Positions 52,395 through 62,831 of a stretch of 64,000 nt of DNA are shown here, piece after piece; position 1 is the first letter of the stretch; every line of letters starts with the position of its first letter. Under the pieces are notes generated by a model. It worked only from the letters and a program-made list of their open reading frames with translations, searched no databases and was not told where the DNA came from. This DNA is from Dehalococcoidia bacterium. Lineage in GTDB: Bacteria; Chloroflexota; Dehalococcoidia; GIF9; UBA5629. The position numbers and the translations under genes were made by a program. The DNA is taken from positions 15,725-79,724 of the forward strand of contig DAOTWF010000027.1 in NCBI GenBank assembly GCA_034435835.1, in the 5' to 3' direction.

Positions 52395-52823
52395 ATGAGC
52401 TGTGGTCAAATACTGAGGGGGATGGGATACCGCCTGACACCGCAGCGGATGATGGTGGTTGAGGTACTGCACGGCACCGATAAGCATATCAGTGCTGAGG
52501 AAATATTTGCTCAGGTACAAGCCAGATATCCGTATGCCAATATCTCTACGGTATACCGTACGCTTGATCTCTTGAAGGAACTGGGGCTGGTCGCCGAGAT
52601 ATCTCTGGGCGATGGGTGTGTCCGTTTTCACCCAGTGGACAAGGGTCACCACCACCATCTGGTATGCCAGAGTTGCCGCAAAGTGGTCGACATACCAGAG
52701 ACTGCGCTAACACCTCTTGCCGAAGGCCTGAGTAAAGAATACGGCTTTAAGGTGGAGCTGCGGCATATGGCTATCTCTGGTTTGTGTGCTGAGTGCCAGA
52801 AACAGACAGCACAGCAAGCCTGA
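52395..52823 (+). CDS. Fur-family metalloregulator
   Basis: RLTPQR, HISAEEI, STVYRTL, HHHHLVCQSC, GLCAEC. Confidence 0.95.
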   Translation: MSCGQILRGMGYRLTPQRMMVVEVLHGTDKHISAEEIFAQVQARYPYANISTVYRTLDLLKELGLVAEISLGDGCVRFHPVDKGHHHHLVCQSCRKVVDIPETALTPLAEGLSKEYGFKVELRHMAISGLCAECQKQTAQQA

Positions 52824-52851
52824 GACTGAGCAATTATATTTTTGCGTTCTG

Positions 52852-52867
52852 GCGCAATAGTTTGCAA
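52852..52867. promoter_or_regulatory. Putative Fur-family operator 2, upstream of nikM/cbiM
   Basis: GCGCAA-TAGT-TTGCAA, the same GCAA-N4-TTGCAA core as operator 1. Confidence 0.5.
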
Positions 52868-52900
52868 TTGCGCTTAATGCAGAAAAGTAAGGAGGCAGAT

Positions 52901-53542
52901 GTGCATATCCCGGATGGTTTTATAAGTACACCTGTGGCTGTGGGAGGGATAGCTATAGCTGCTGGTACGGTAGCCTATGCTGTCAAGGCGACGAACAGGA
53001 GGCTGGGAGAAAAACAGGTGCCGTTGATGGGTGTACTGGCGGCATTTATCTTTGCTGCCCAGATGCTCAATTTTCCTGTGGCTGGGGGCACTTCGGGGCA
53101 CTTTATGGGGGCAGCGTTGGCGGCGATACTATTGGGACCATGGGCTGGACTTCTGATAATGACGTGTGTCCTCTTGGTGCAGTGTCTGGTGTTCCAGGAT
53201 GGCGGGCTTCTAGCTCTGGGTGCCAATATTATCAATATGGGAATTGTCGGTTGCTTTCTAGGGTATTATATTTACCGCGGTTTTACTGCGCTGGTGCGTG
53301 GTAAAAAAACGGCTTTGATTGGTGGAGGTATAGCTGGCTGGGCATCGATTGTGGTGGCTGCTATTTTCTGTGCAATGGAGCTAGGTATTTCCAGTACTGT
53401 GCCCCTGTATGTAGCGCTTCCGGCGATGGGTGGCATTCATGCGCTCATTGGAATCGGTGAGGGACTGATAACAGCGGCGGTGCTGGCGCTGGTGATGGCT
53501 ACCAGACCCGACCTGATGAAGCTGGAGCCACAAAAAACTTAG
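52901..53542 (+). CDS. ECF transporter S component NikM/CbiM
   Basis: GTG start after AAGGAGG gives N-terminal MHIPDGF; FAAQMLNFP, GTSGH, LGANIINMG. Confidence 0.93.
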   Translation: MHIPDGFISTPVAVGGIAIAAGTVAYAVKATNRRLGEKQVPLMGVLAAFIFAAQMLNFPVAGGTSGHFMGAALAAILLGPWAGLLIMTCVLLVQCLVFQDGGLLALGANIINMGIVGCFLGYYIYRGFTALVRGKKTALIGGGIAGWASIVVAAIFCAMELGISSTVPLYVALPAMGGIHALIGIGEGLITAAVLALVMATRPDLMKLEPQKT

Positions 53543-53561
53543 AAAGGGGGTCTCAAAGGCT

Positions 53562-53846
53562 ATGAAATTCCAGTGGTGGCATGGCGCTTTAATAGCCAGT
53601 TTTATCTTGGCATTGCTGTCGCCAGTAGCATCATCGTCCCCCGATGGACTGGAGCGAGTGGCTGAAGATAAGGGGTTCATAGAGGCAGCCAGAGAATCAT
53701 GGTATGAGCTTATCCCCGACTACACAATGCCTGGCATTGGCAGTGAGGTGCTGGCTACTGTAATTTCCGGCGTGCTCGGCACGGCGCTATTGTTCGGCAT
53801 AGGTTACGGGATTGCCAGAGCGTTGAAGGCGAGAGATGAAACATAG
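53562..53846 (+). CDS. PDGLE-domain protein (NikN-like)
   Basis: SSSPDGLERVAE...PDY, two TMs. Confidence 0.9.
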   Translation: MKFQWWHGALIASFILALLSPVASSSPDGLERVAEDKGFIEAARESWYELIPDYTMPGIGSEVLATVISGVLGTALLFGIGYGIARALKARDET

Positions 53847-54615
53847 CTTTGTAGACCAGTACTGTGATTTAAACAGCTTTATCCACAGGCTTGATCCTAG
53901 GACAAAGTTTGTTGTCAGCCTTGCTTTTATTCTGGCAGTGTTGCTGACTCCGGCTGGCGAGTGGTTGATGTTTGCTTTTTATTTTCTGGTTGTTTTGGGG
54001 TTACTGGCTCTCTCCAAGTTGCCGCCTTTTTATGTCGTGAAACGGTCGCTGGTTGTTATCCCCTTTGTCCTGCTGGTGGCTGTTTTCATTCCGTTCTTTA
54101 AGGAGGGCGAGGTGGCTGGCAGCTATAATATCTGGCTGTGGGAGATATCGGTCACCTACAGCGGGCTTTTTGTGCTGGCGAATGTTGTGGCAAAGGCTTG
54201 GCTGTGTATCCTCTGTCTAATCTTGCTATCTTCGACCACTAGACTGGCTGAGTTACTGAAGGGGCTATGCCAGCTTGGCGTTCCTCAGGTCGTAGTATTG
54301 ATACTTTCCTTCATGTACCGCTATGTTTTCGTTCTGGTGGACGAGGCGATGAGAATGCATCAGGCATATCAGAGCCGGGATATTGGTGGAAGCCTGCTGC
54401 GCCGGTTGAAGGCGTTCGGCAATATGATCGGCGTCCTTTTCATCAGAAGTTATGAGCGTGGGGAGAGGATTTACGCGGCAATGGTATCTAGGGGTTTTGA
54501 TGGGCAGGTGCGCACATTGCGCCCTTTGGAATTGAAGGGCGCTGATATCTCTTTCAGTGTAGTTTTGGGAATTTTGTTGGCGTCACCTTACATCATCTGG
54601 TGGGTTCGATGGTAG
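53836..54615 (+). CDS. ECF transporter T component NikQ/CbiQ
   Basis: HRLDPRTK, MYRY..VL.DEA.RM..A..SR, RSYERGERIY.AM.SRGF. Confidence 0.93.
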   Translation: MKHSFVDQYCDLNSFIHRLDPRTKFVVSLAFILAVLLTPAGEWLMFAFYFLVVLGLLALSKLPPFYVVKRSLVVIPFVLLVAVFIPFFKEGEVAGSYNIWLWEISVTYSGLFVLANVVAKAWLCILCLILLSSTTRLAELLKGLCQLGVPQVVVLILSFMYRYVFVLVDEAMRMHQAYQSRDIGGSLLRRLKAFGNMIGVLFIRSYERGERIYAAMVSRGFDGQVRTLRPLELKGADISFSVVLGILLASPYIIWWVRW

Positions 54616-55325
54616 ACAGAGTCATCTATATCAAAGACCTCTCTTTCGTTTACCCAGATGGGACTCATGCTTTAAAAAAGATAAGTCTTTCTGTTTATGC
54701 TGGCGAGAGTGTGGCAATAGTCGGTCCAAACGGTGCCGGGAAATCTACATTACTCCTCCATCTCAATGGGGTGTTACGCGGAAATAGCACGGTGGAGATA
54801 TGTGGCATCCCTGTCAGGGATGGAAATTTGAAGGAGATAAGGAAAAAAGTGGGGCTGGTGTTCCAGGACCCAGATGACCAGCTCTTTTCTCTGACTGTTT
54901 TCGAGGATGTGGGTTTTGGACCGTTGAATATGGGTTGTTCTGAGGCCGAGGTAAATGAACTGGTTTCTCGAGTGCTGGGATGGGTGGGGATGAAGGGGTA
55001 CGAGAAGCGTTCCCCGCACCATCTGAGCATCGGCGAAAAGAAGCGGATCGCCATCGCTACCGTGCTGGCGCTTGATCCGGAGGTCTTGGTGCTTGACGAG
55101 CCTACAAGCAACCTCGACCCCAGAAGCAAATGGTCCCTGGTGACGCTGTTAAGGCACCTCCTAGTGACCAAAGTAATAGCCACTCACGACCTCGAATTGG
55201 TGCGCGTTTTATGTCAGCGTGTAGTTGTGCTGGATAAAGGTGAGGTGGTAGCTGACGGCACTACTGAGACTATTCTCAATGATCTGTCACTCTTGCGGGC
55301 ACACGGACTAGCACCTGAGGACTAG
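54609..55325 (+). CDS. ECF transporter ATPase NikO/CbiO
   Basis: GPNGAGKSTL, VFQDPDDQ, LSIGEKKR, LDEP. Confidence 0.94.
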   Translation: MVDRVIYIKDLSFVYPDGTHALKKISLSVYAGESVAIVGPNGAGKSTLLLHLNGVLRGNSTVEICGIPVRDGNLKEIRKKVGLVFQDPDDQLFSLTVFEDVGFGPLNMGCSEAEVNELVSRVLGWVGMKGYEKRSPHHLSIGEKKRIAIATVLALDPEVLVLDEPTSNLDPRSKWSLVTLLRHLLVTKVIATHDLELVRVLCQRVVVLDKGEVVADGTTETILNDLSLLRAHGLAPED

Positions 55326-56185
55326 TCCAGTTCTAGGCTGATATCCAGCGCTCTGGCTGAGTGGGTGAGCGCGCCTACCGATATCATGTCCACACCGGTT
55401 TCTGCTATTGCCCGAATCCTCTCAAGAGTGACCCCGCCTGAGGCTTCAACAAGGGCACGCCCTTTTATCAGTTGCACGCTGTGGCGCATGTCTCCCAGGC
55501 TCATATTGTCCAGCATGATGATGTCGGCACCAGCTTCAGCGGCTTCACGTGCCTCTTCGGGTGTTTTTACCTCTATCTCGACCTTTGTTCCCGGTGGCAC
55601 CTTGTGGCGGGTCTGAGCAATTATTTCCTTTATGTTTTTACCGCTGCGGCGCAGTACTGTCAGGTGGTTGTCCTTTATAAGGATGCCATCGCCGAGATGC
55701 ATACGGTGGTTCCTACCGCCGCCGAGCCTAACGGCGTATTTTTCCAGTAGCCGCAAGCCCGGTGTGGTCTTTCTGGTGTCGGTTATGCTGACAGGGAGCC
55801 CACTGACTGCCTGAATGTAGCGTGCTGTCTCTGTGGCGATGCCGCTCAGATGTTGCAGGAAGTTCAAAGCCAGGCGTTCGGCTTTCAACATGCTGGAGAC
55901 TCTTCCTTGCAGTCTGGCTACGACGTCTCCGGGCTTGACCTTGCCGCCGTCTTTGATGAGTAGTTCGATATGAAGTTCGGGGTCGACCCTGAGAAAGACC
56001 TCCCTTGCTATTTCGATCCCGGCGATGATGCCCTCAGCCTTGGCTAGGATGTAGGCAGTCCCACGTTCGGAATCTGGTATCAGTGAGTCAGTGGTTATGT
56101 CCCCGTGACTGAGATCCTCTTGCAAGGCTAGCTCAATAAGCTGCCCTATTTGATGGACGTCCAGACCGCCTTCCAGACTATTCAC
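55322..56185 (-). CDS. nadC: Nicotinate-nucleotide pyrophosphorylase (quinolinate phosphoribosyltransferase)
   Basis: DTRKTTPG.R..EKYAV..GGG.NHR, LIKDNH, IMLDNM, ASGG, SVGALTHS. Confidence 0.96.
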   Translation of the reverse strand: MNSLEGGLDVHQIGQLIELALQEDLSHGDITTDSLIPDSERGTAYILAKAEGIIAGIEIAREVFLRVDPELHIELLIKDGGKVKPGDVVARLQGRVSSMLKAERLALNFLQHLSGIATETARYIQAVSGLPVSITDTRKTTPGLRLLEKYAVRLGGGRNHRMHLGDGILIKDNHLTVLRRSGKNIKEIIAQTRHKVPPGTKVEIEVKTPEEAREAAEAGADIIMLDNMSLGDMRHSVQLIKGRALVEASGGVTLERIRAIAETGVDMISVGALTHSARALDISLELD

Positions 56186-56657
56186 TGCTGTCTTCTTGCA
56201 GTTCCTGCAAAATCATGTTAACACATGCGGATACTGCTTTTCTAACCGGGGCAGTGAATTCCTCACCGAAGGTGCTGACATCTGCTGCTTCGATAGCGTA
56301 GATGGTTATCTTTTGAGGCAGACGTAAGCCAAGCCTGCTGCCAAGTTCGAGGGCTGTCCTGAAGTCGATGCCGTGTGGAGAGGTAATGTGATCGGCAGTG
56401 TCGAATGCCTCGGGTGTGAGTCTGTAGATCTGCCCCGGTGTACCCCCGACTGTCTGGATGGCATCTATTATGATTGCTTGGTCATAGCCGGTGAGCAAAT
56501 CGAGCAGGACAAGCCCTGTTGTTGCCGTCTCCGCAACTGTGACATCAGGACGGCTGATTTTCTCTCTCAGCGCCGCGGCAACATAAAGCCCCGCACCGTC
56601 ATCGGTGAGCAGGGAATTGCCTATCCCCAGTATCAGTATCTTCCCTCTATCAGGCAC
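56178..56657 (-). CDS. Hydrogenase maturation endopeptidase (HyaD/HycI-like)
   Basis: ILGIGN.LLTDDGAG, IIIDA, SPHG. Confidence 0.93.
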   Translation of the reverse strand: MPDRGKILILGIGNSLLTDDGAGLYVAAALREKISRPDVTVAETATTGLVLLDLLTGYDQAIIIDAIQTVGGTPGQIYRLTPEAFDTADHITSPHGIDFRTALELGSRLGLRLPQKITIYAIEAADVSTFGEEFTAPVRKAVSACVNMILQELQEDSSE

Positions 56658-56693
56658 TAAAACAGTTCTGCTCTAAACTTCACCAAGGACACC

Positions 56694-58154
56694 TTATCTT
56701 TTTAGCCTCTCCACTACTTCGCCCTTGCTGTTATAGATAATAATCTCCATCGGTGCTTGTCCCGGTAGGGAATGAGTGGCGCAAGCAAAGCAAGGGTCAT
56801 AGGGGCGCCATGCCATCTCTATGCGGTTGAGCAACCCCTCGGTTATTTTCTTGCCCGGCTGGATAAGTGCCATGGCTGCTTTTTTGATTGACATGTTAAA
56901 TGCTGCGGAGTTGCCCACAGTGGCTACAATCAGGTTTGCCTTTTTGATCACGCCTTTCTCGTCTGTAACATAATGATGGATCAAGGTACCGCGTGGGGCT
57001 TCGACGATGCCGAAGCCCTCGTCCGGTTTAGCTGTAGGGATGGTTCGGATGTTGGGGCTGGTGATCTCAGGGTCACGGCTCAATTCCAAAAGCCTTTCGG
57101 CAGCGTAGAGGAGCTCAACAAGCCTGGCCCAATGCATAGCTAAAGTATGGTGCACCGGCTTGCTCCCAAGTGTGGAGTACATCTTCTCGTAAGCCTCCTG
57201 AGCCAGTGGTGTCGCCATGCCATCAGCAGTGTTGAGGCGGGCAAGCGGTGCCACACGGTAGACACCGCTGTCCTTACCGTCTACAAAGCCTTTCCAGCCA
57301 ATCTTCTTCAGGAAGGGGAACTTGATGTAGCTCCAGGGCTCGACGTGCTCGGCGATGTGGTCCAAGTACTCTCGTGGTGAGAACTTGGCAAACTCCTTAC
57401 CATCAGGATCCACCACCCTGACTTTGCCATCGTAGAAATTCACCTTGTTCTTGTCATCTACCAAGCCCATGTAGTAGGTGCGGTGGGTATAGGCTTCGCT
57501 CAGGATCATATCGACATATTCTTTATTCTTCAGTACGATATCGTCGAAGACTTTAAGGGAAAGCTTCGCGAATTCTACAGAATCTTTGGCAATTTGCTCT
57601 ACCTCTTTTCGTTCCTCTTCGGTGAGACCTTTGCTGATGCCCCCCGGAAGCCCGAAGACAGGATGCACAGCCCTACCGCCGAGCATGTGGATGATACGGT
57701 GGTTCTGCATTCGCGTCTTTATCACGGCTCCGCCAAGTTCCAGTCCGACCTTGGCGATGACGCCGAGGATATTGCGCTCTGCTACCGGGGCCTCGGGGCC
57801 CATGATAAAGTCTGGACCGGCGAGGATATAGAAGTGGGTGGTATGGTCGGTGACATAGAATGCACTGTAGAAAAGCTCGCGTAGCTTTTTGGCAGGACTC
57901 GGCGGGTCGACATGGAAGAGGTCATCAAGGCATTTAGTCGCTGCAATGTGGTGCGCTTCAGGGCAGACACCGCAGATACGCTGGGTAATCTGTGGCATGT
58001 CCTCAGCTAGACGCCCTTCACAGAATTTTTCGAATCCTCTCAGCTCTGGCACTTGGAAATAGACATTTTCCACACCGCCAGCATCATTGAGGAAGATTTC
58101 GATCTTGCCGTGTCCTTCCAGACGAGTGATCGGATCAATGGTGATCTTCTTCAT
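56694..58154 (-). CDS. mvhA: [NiFe]-hydrogenase large subunit, group 3c (MvhA-like)
   Basis: ITRLEGHG, RICGVC (L1), EAPRGTLIH, YDPCFACATH (L2) plus a cleavable tail. Confidence 0.95.
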   Translation of the reverse strand: MKKITIDPITRLEGHGKIEIFLNDAGGVENVYFQVPELRGFEKFCEGRLAEDMPQITQRICGVCPEAHHIAATKCLDDLFHVDPPSPAKKLRELFYSAFYVTDHTTHFYILAGPDFIMGPEAPVAERNILGVIAKVGLELGGAVIKTRMQNHRIIHMLGGRAVHPVFGLPGGISKGLTEEERKEVEQIAKDSVEFAKLSLKVFDDIVLKNKEYVDMILSEAYTHRTYYMGLVDDKNKVNFYDGKVRVVDPDGKEFAKFSPREYLDHIAEHVEPWSYIKFPFLKKIGWKGFVDGKDSGVYRVAPLARLNTADGMATPLAQEAYEKMYSTLGSKPVHHTLAMHWARLVELLYAAERLLELSRDPEITSPNIRTIPTAKPDEGFGIVEAPRGTLIHHYVTDEKGVIKKANLIVATVGNSAAFNMSIKKAAMALIQPGKKITEGLLNRIEMAWRPYDPCFACATHSLPGQAPMEIIIYNSKGEVVERLKR

Positions 58155-59110
58155 TTTATCCTAGCCCTCCTTAACAGAGAATCAGGCAGACTATATCGGT
58201 AGAAAGTGCCCACAGGGTCACAGATATCGTCGATAATTTTCTGTATCTCTTCAGGGTTGTTGGCATCGATCACCGAGGCAACTGCGCTGAGGAAGTGTGC
58301 TCCCTGGTCAATTACCCCCTCTACGGGACCGTAGCAGCCAGTGCAGGGCATGTTAGCCTGCGGACAGGGCGCGCCACAACCACCCCTGGTGGCGATGCCG
58401 GCACAGAGCAGCCCCTGCTCCAGAAGGCACACCTCGGCGTCGGGTATAATTTCGAAGGTGCGGTAGAATTTTTTCACCTTCTTTACGTCCCGCTTCCGCG
58501 GGCAGTCATCACAAACCGCCTTGACGCTGTGGCTGATTACCGTGCCTTTGGGCGGTAATTTCCCCTGAATTAGTGCTTCCAGAGCCAACCAGGTAGTTTT
58601 TTCCTCCGGCGGGCAGCCGGGGATGACGTAGTCTATCTCGACGGTCTGACGCAGGGATCTGACGGTATCGTAAAACTCGGGAATGGTGAGCTCACCCTCC
58701 GGTACCTTAAACTTGGTCTGGGGAAAGACTTTTTCCTTGTTGTCTGTAGACTGAGTTTCCAGGTAAACCTGTTTGAAAATCAGCTCTCTATTAAACATAT
58801 TGCCTAAGCCAGGGATACCGCCATTGTGAGCACAGGAGCCGTAGGCGATCATCACCTTGGACTTTTCTCGCAGCATCTTTGCCAGATGTTCCTGCTCTGA
58901 GTTCCTGATGGCGCCATTGAATAGGCAGACATCTATGCTCTTATCGGGCATTGCCTCCACGTCCTTATATTTGACGTCGATAGCCACAGGCCAGAAGACT
59001 ATATCTGCGGCTTCAGCCAGCTTGAGTATCTTGTCTCCGATCTGTAGCTGCGCGATTTCGCAGCCACCGCAACTGGCTGCCCAGTAGAGCGCTACTTTAA
59101 GTTTAGCCAT
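58151..59110 (-). CDS. mvhG: [NiFe]-hydrogenase small subunit (MvhG-like)
   Basis: SCGGCE, GSCA..GGIPG, PGCPP, CDDC, CLLEQG..C.G..TRGGC...C......C.GCYG. Confidence 0.94.
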   Translation of the reverse strand: MAKLKVALYWAASCGGCEIAQLQIGDKILKLAEAADIVFWPVAIDVKYKDVEAMPDKSIDVCLFNGAIRNSEQEHLAKMLREKSKVMIAYGSCAHNGGIPGLGNMFNRELIFKQVYLETQSTDNKEKVFPQTKFKVPEGELTIPEFYDTVRSLRQTVEIDYVIPGCPPEEKTTWLALEALIQGKLPPKGTVISHSVKAVCDDCPRKRDVKKVKKFYRTFEIIPDAEVCLLEQGLLCAGIATRGGCGAPCPQANMPCTGCYGPVEGVIDQGAHFLSAVASVIDANNPEEIQKIIDDICDPVGTFYRYSLPDSLLRRARIK

Positions 59111-59528
59111 GTTTTGCCTCCTTGGAGTTCTTCCCGAAAGGGCCTAAGGCTCTGACTTTTTCGGTCATCTCGTCAACGATGGCAACGAAGCGATCGCCTT
59201 CGGATGCTGACACCCAGTCAAGCCGCACGCGGTCCTCTTCGATTCCCATCTGGGCCAGCATCTTTTTGAGCAGTGGCATACGGCGCGCTGTTTTATAATT
59301 GCCCTCGACGTAGTGGCAGTCACCCGGGTGACAGCCTAGAACAAGCACGCCGTCAGCCCCCAGTTCGAAGGCTTTGAGGACAAAAGTCGGCTCCACACGG
59401 CCGCTGCACATAACCCTGATTATACGCACATTGGGCGAACATTTCATCCTGGCGGTGCCAGCTAGATCGGCTCCTCGATAGGAGCACCAGTTGCAACAAA
59501 AGCCGACTATTTTTGGTTCGAAGCTCAT
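59103..59528 (-). CDS. mvhD: MvhD/FlpD [2Fe-2S] adaptor, Cys form
   Basis: [24 protein letters not shown]; ATG overlaps the hdrA stop (ATGA). Confidence 0.95.
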   Translation of the reverse strand: MSFEPKIVGFCCNWCSYRGADLAGTARMKCSPNVRIIRVMCSGRVEPTFVLKAFELGADGVLVLGCHPGDCHYVEGNYKTARRMPLLKKMLAQMGIEEDRVRLDWVSASEGDRFVAIVDEMTEKVRALGPFGKNSKEAKHG

Positions 59529-61486
59529 ACTAATACCCCCTCGATTTCTGCCATTATTTCTTCGGTGGTGAAATGCTTCTGTGTGATCGCTGCGCTGGGG
59601 CAGGCGGCAACACAGGTGCCACAGCCCTTGCACAGCGCTTCGTTTATTCTCGAGACCTCTTTGTCTTCGATGAAGGTTATGGCGTTGTACGGGCAGAGGA
59701 TGTTACAGACCCTGCAGCCAGAACACTTCTCCTCATCGATTACAGCCACGGTGGCTTCAAGCTCGACCTTGCCCTTGCTGATTAGACTTAGCACTCTGGT
59801 GGCGGCGGCGGAAGCCTGCGCTACTGTATCGGGGATGTCCTTGGGACCCTGGCAGCAGCCGGCGATGAATATGCCGTCTGTCATAGTAGCTACCGGGTCA
59901 AGCTTGGGATGTCTCTCGATGAAGAAGCCGTCTGCCCCCTGGCTGATGCGGAATAACTGGGCTACCTGCTTGGCATCAGAGCGTGGCTCAAGCGCTATGC
60001 ACAGTATCACCATATCCACCGGGACGCGGATCACCTGACCGAGCAGGGTATCCTCGCCGCAGACGATGAGTTTTCCCTTCTCTTCATTGGTCAATGCCCT
60101 GTCGGTGACCTCAGCCGCCTTGCCGCGGATGAACTTAACACCCTCTTTGGACAGTCTCTCGTAGAACTCCTCGTAGCCTTTGCCGAAGCAGCGCATGTCG
60201 ATATACATCTGGTAGACATCAGCTTCGGTCTTTTCTTTAATAAGATGGGAGTACTTGAGGGCGTACATGCAGCATACTCTGGAGCAATAGCGGTGGTAGT
60301 TTTCATCTCGGCTGCCCACGCAATGGATGATGGCGACGCTCTTTGGCTCCGAGCCGTCTCTGAGAACTATCCTGCCGCCCGTAGGACCGGCAGCGTTGCA
60401 CAGCCTTTCAAACTCCAGGGCGGTGTAAACGTTGGGGTAGCGCCCGTAGCCGTATTTGACGATGGGCGTGGGGTCGAAGGGGTCATAACCGGTGGCGATT
60501 AGGATGTTGCCGACCTCAAGTTCCACAATCTTGTCCTGCTGTTCGAAGTCTATGGCGCCGGGCTCGCAGAACTTCTCACAGGCACGGCACCTACCTTTGA
60601 GGAAGTAGACGCAGTGCTCTTTATCTATCACAGGTATGTTGGGAACTGCCTGCGGGAAGGGTGTGTAGATGGCTTTCCGTTCGCCAAGCCCCAGGTCGAA
60701 TTCGCTGGGCGCCTTCCACGGGCATTTCTCCATGCAGACACCGCAGCCGTTGCACTTTTCCTCATCGACAAAGCGGGCCTTCTTGCGGACTTTGACCTTG
60801 AAGTTCCCAATGAACCCCGAGACCTCCTCAACCTCGCTGTAGGTCATCAGTGCGATATTGGGATGAGAACCGGCTGCGGTCATTTTGGGCGTCAGGATGC
60901 AGGCGGAACAGTCCAAGGTGGGGAAGGTCTTATCGAACTGGATCATGTGTCCGCCGATGCTCGGGTCCTTTTCCACCAGGTATACCTTGTGTCCGGCATC
61001 GGCGATCTCCAGGGCGGCTTGGATGCCGGCAATGCCACCGCCGACTATCAGCGTTGCCGGGTTTACCGGCACCTCTTTCGTCTCCAGAGGCTGGTGGTAG
61101 CGAACGCGTTTCACCGCAGCGCTGACCAGTGCCTTTGCCTTCTCTGTGGCTTTGTCATGGTCTTCGGTTGTCCAGGAACAGTGCTCGCGGATATTTGCCA
61201 TCTCAAAGAGATAGGGGTTCAGCCCGGCTTCCTGTACGGCGTGGCGGAAGGTGGGCTCGTGGAGGAGCGGTGAGCAGGAGGCGACCACCACCCTGTTGAG
61301 CTTTAGGTTCTTGATGTCCTCTTTTATCATGTTCTGCCCCGGGTCGGAGCACATAAACTTGTATTCTCGAGCCACCACCACCGAGTCCAGCTTTTTAGCA
61401 AATTCCACCACATGCTGTACGTCAACGGTACCAGCTATATTAGAGCCACAGTGGCATACATATACTCCGATCTTCGGTTTCTCCAT
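59525..61486 (-). CDS. hdrA: Heterodisulfide reductase subunit A-like flavoprotein (copy 2)
   Basis: [52 protein letters not shown], ferredoxin inserts. Confidence 0.96.
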   Translation of the reverse strand: MEKPKIGVYVCHCGSNIAGTVDVQHVVEFAKKLDSVVVAREYKFMCSDPGQNMIKEDIKNLKLNRVVVASCSPLLHEPTFRHAVQEAGLNPYLFEMANIREHCSWTTEDHDKATEKAKALVSAAVKRVRYHQPLETKEVPVNPATLIVGGGIAGIQAALEIADAGHKVYLVEKDPSIGGHMIQFDKTFPTLDCSACILTPKMTAAGSHPNIALMTYSEVEEVSGFIGNFKVKVRKKARFVDEEKCNGCGVCMEKCPWKAPSEFDLGLGERKAIYTPFPQAVPNIPVIDKEHCVYFLKGRCRACEKFCEPGAIDFEQQDKIVELEVGNILIATGYDPFDPTPIVKYGYGRYPNVYTALEFERLCNAAGPTGGRIVLRDGSEPKSVAIIHCVGSRDENYHRYCSRVCCMYALKYSHLIKEKTEADVYQMYIDMRCFGKGYEEFYERLSKEGVKFIRGKAAEVTDRALTNEEKGKLIVCGEDTLLGQVIRVPVDMVILCIALEPRSDAKQVAQLFRISQGADGFFIERHPKLDPVATMTDGIFIAGCCQGPKDIPDTVAQASAAATRVLSLISKGKVELEATVAVIDEEKCSGCRVCNILCPYNAITFIEDKEVSRINEALCKGCGTCVAACPSAAITQKHFTTEEIMAEIEGVLV

Positions 61487-61518
61487 CGCGTCTCCTCCTT
61501 TAACTTGCTGCGACCTCA

Positions 61519-62673
61519 CTATAGTGCCTCCGCGACCAATTCGGAGAGATCCTTTATTTCGATTACCTCGCTCTTGTTAGTGGTGAGCACGGCGTCGTTG
61601 AAGTTTGCCATACAGTAGGGGCAGCTCACGGCGAGAATTTCAGCCCCTACCTCAGCCACCTGTTCCAGCCTCAGCTCGGAGAATCTCTCTCCTTTCTTGG
61701 TCTCCATCCATAGCCTTCCGGCGCAGCCGCCACAGCATAGAGAGTATTCCCGGTTATCCTGCATTTCCGTGTACTCGATGCCGGGAATGCTCGATAGTAC
61801 ACGTCTGGGCTCCTCGTAAATGTTTTGGTATCTGCCAAGACAGCAAGAATCGTGGTAAGTTACCTTTTTGACCAGTGGCTTGGAAAACTTCAATTTCCCC
61901 TCCTGGATCAGCTGGTCGAGGTATTGAGAGAGATGGATTACTTCGTAGTTGCCACCAAACTCTGAGTATTCGTCTTTAAAGGTATGATAACAGTGGGGTG
62001 AGGTGACGAGGATCTTTTTCACGCCCAGTTCGTTGAATATTTTGATATTACTCTCAGCGAGCTTATGGAATAAGCTCTCGGCGCCAGCCTTGCGGATGCT
62101 CTCGCCACAGCAGAGGACGCTATTGTCCGGGATACCGAAGTCCACCTTAAGCTTTTTCAGTATATTAACCGTGGCAATGGCAGTCCTCCTGGTGGGTGGA
62201 TCATAACATTGGTAGCAACAGGGGAAGTAGAGGATCTCGGTGCCCTTGGTGAAGGTCTTGACGCCGAGGTCTTTAGCCCAGTCCATGCGTTTTTCCGGTG
62301 GCTCACCCAGAGGGTTGCCGACGGCGGAGATGTTCTTCTCTGAAATGCGCAGGGAGTGGGGCACGATGCCGGCACCGATTTCCATGATGACCCGTCTGAT
62401 AGCTCGCATCAGAAGTGGCATCTGGACGTCCCGGGGGCATCTTTTTACGCAGGCGTTGCAGGCGACACATTTCCACACCTCCTCATTCTCGAAGTCCACC
62501 ACGCCTAACTGTGCTTTATGGACGAGCTTGCGGAGTGAGAATGTGGTCACCCGGTTCCACGGGCATATTCCGGTACAGAGACCGCATTGAAAACACAGCT
62601 TGAGGGCGTCACCGCCCTCTTCTAGGATAATATCAGTGGTCTCTTTGGATGGTGTGAGCAGTTCGATTTCCAT
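61519..62673 (-). CDS. Soluble HdrD/FadF-like Fe-S oxidoreductase (2x[4Fe-4S] plus two CCG domains)
   Basis: CFQCGLCTGIC, CVACNACVKRC, CCGE...SPHC, YHDSCCLGR...CCGG...SCPYC; no TM. Confidence 0.88.
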   Translation of the reverse strand: MEIELLTPSKETTDIILEEGGDALKLCFQCGLCTGICPWNRVTTFSLRKLVHKAQLGVVDFENEEVWKCVACNACVKRCPRDVQMPLLMRAIRRVIMEIGAGIVPHSLRISEKNISAVGNPLGEPPEKRMDWAKDLGVKTFTKGTEILYFPCCYQCYDPPTRRTAIATVNILKKLKVDFGIPDNSVLCCGESIRKAGAESLFHKLAESNIKIFNELGVKKILVTSPHCYHTFKDEYSEFGGNYEVIHLSQYLDQLIQEGKLKFSKPLVKKVTYHDSCCLGRYQNIYEEPRRVLSSIPGIEYTEMQDNREYSLCCGGCAGRLWMETKKGERFSELRLEQVAEVGAEILAVSCPYCMANFNDAVLTTNKSEVIEIKDLSELVAEAL

Positions 62674-62715
62674 TTTTCACCCTTCCTTTCCTTGAGTATT
62701 AAGAAAGCGGTGGAA

Positions 62716-62744
62716 ATTATATAGTATGTCTGCAGTTCTTGCAA
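62716..62744 (-). promoter_or_regulatory. Internal sigma70 promoter for the hdrD-like-hdrA2-mvhD2-mvhGA unit
   Basis: TTGCAA-N17-TATAAT on the minus strand. Confidence 0.7.
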
Positions 62745-62831
62745 GAGCCGTGCTAGAAGGGTGGCTACAATGGAATATTGAAGACAGCGTCTTTCCCAGT
62801 TAGCCAACCGCTGAGCCGTTACTCCTATGGT

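Noticed and set aside
52830-52900. Cobalamin riboswitch ahead of the cbiM-like gene
   Set aside because: The gap is only about 77 nt and has no B12-box; Fur-type boxes are present instead.
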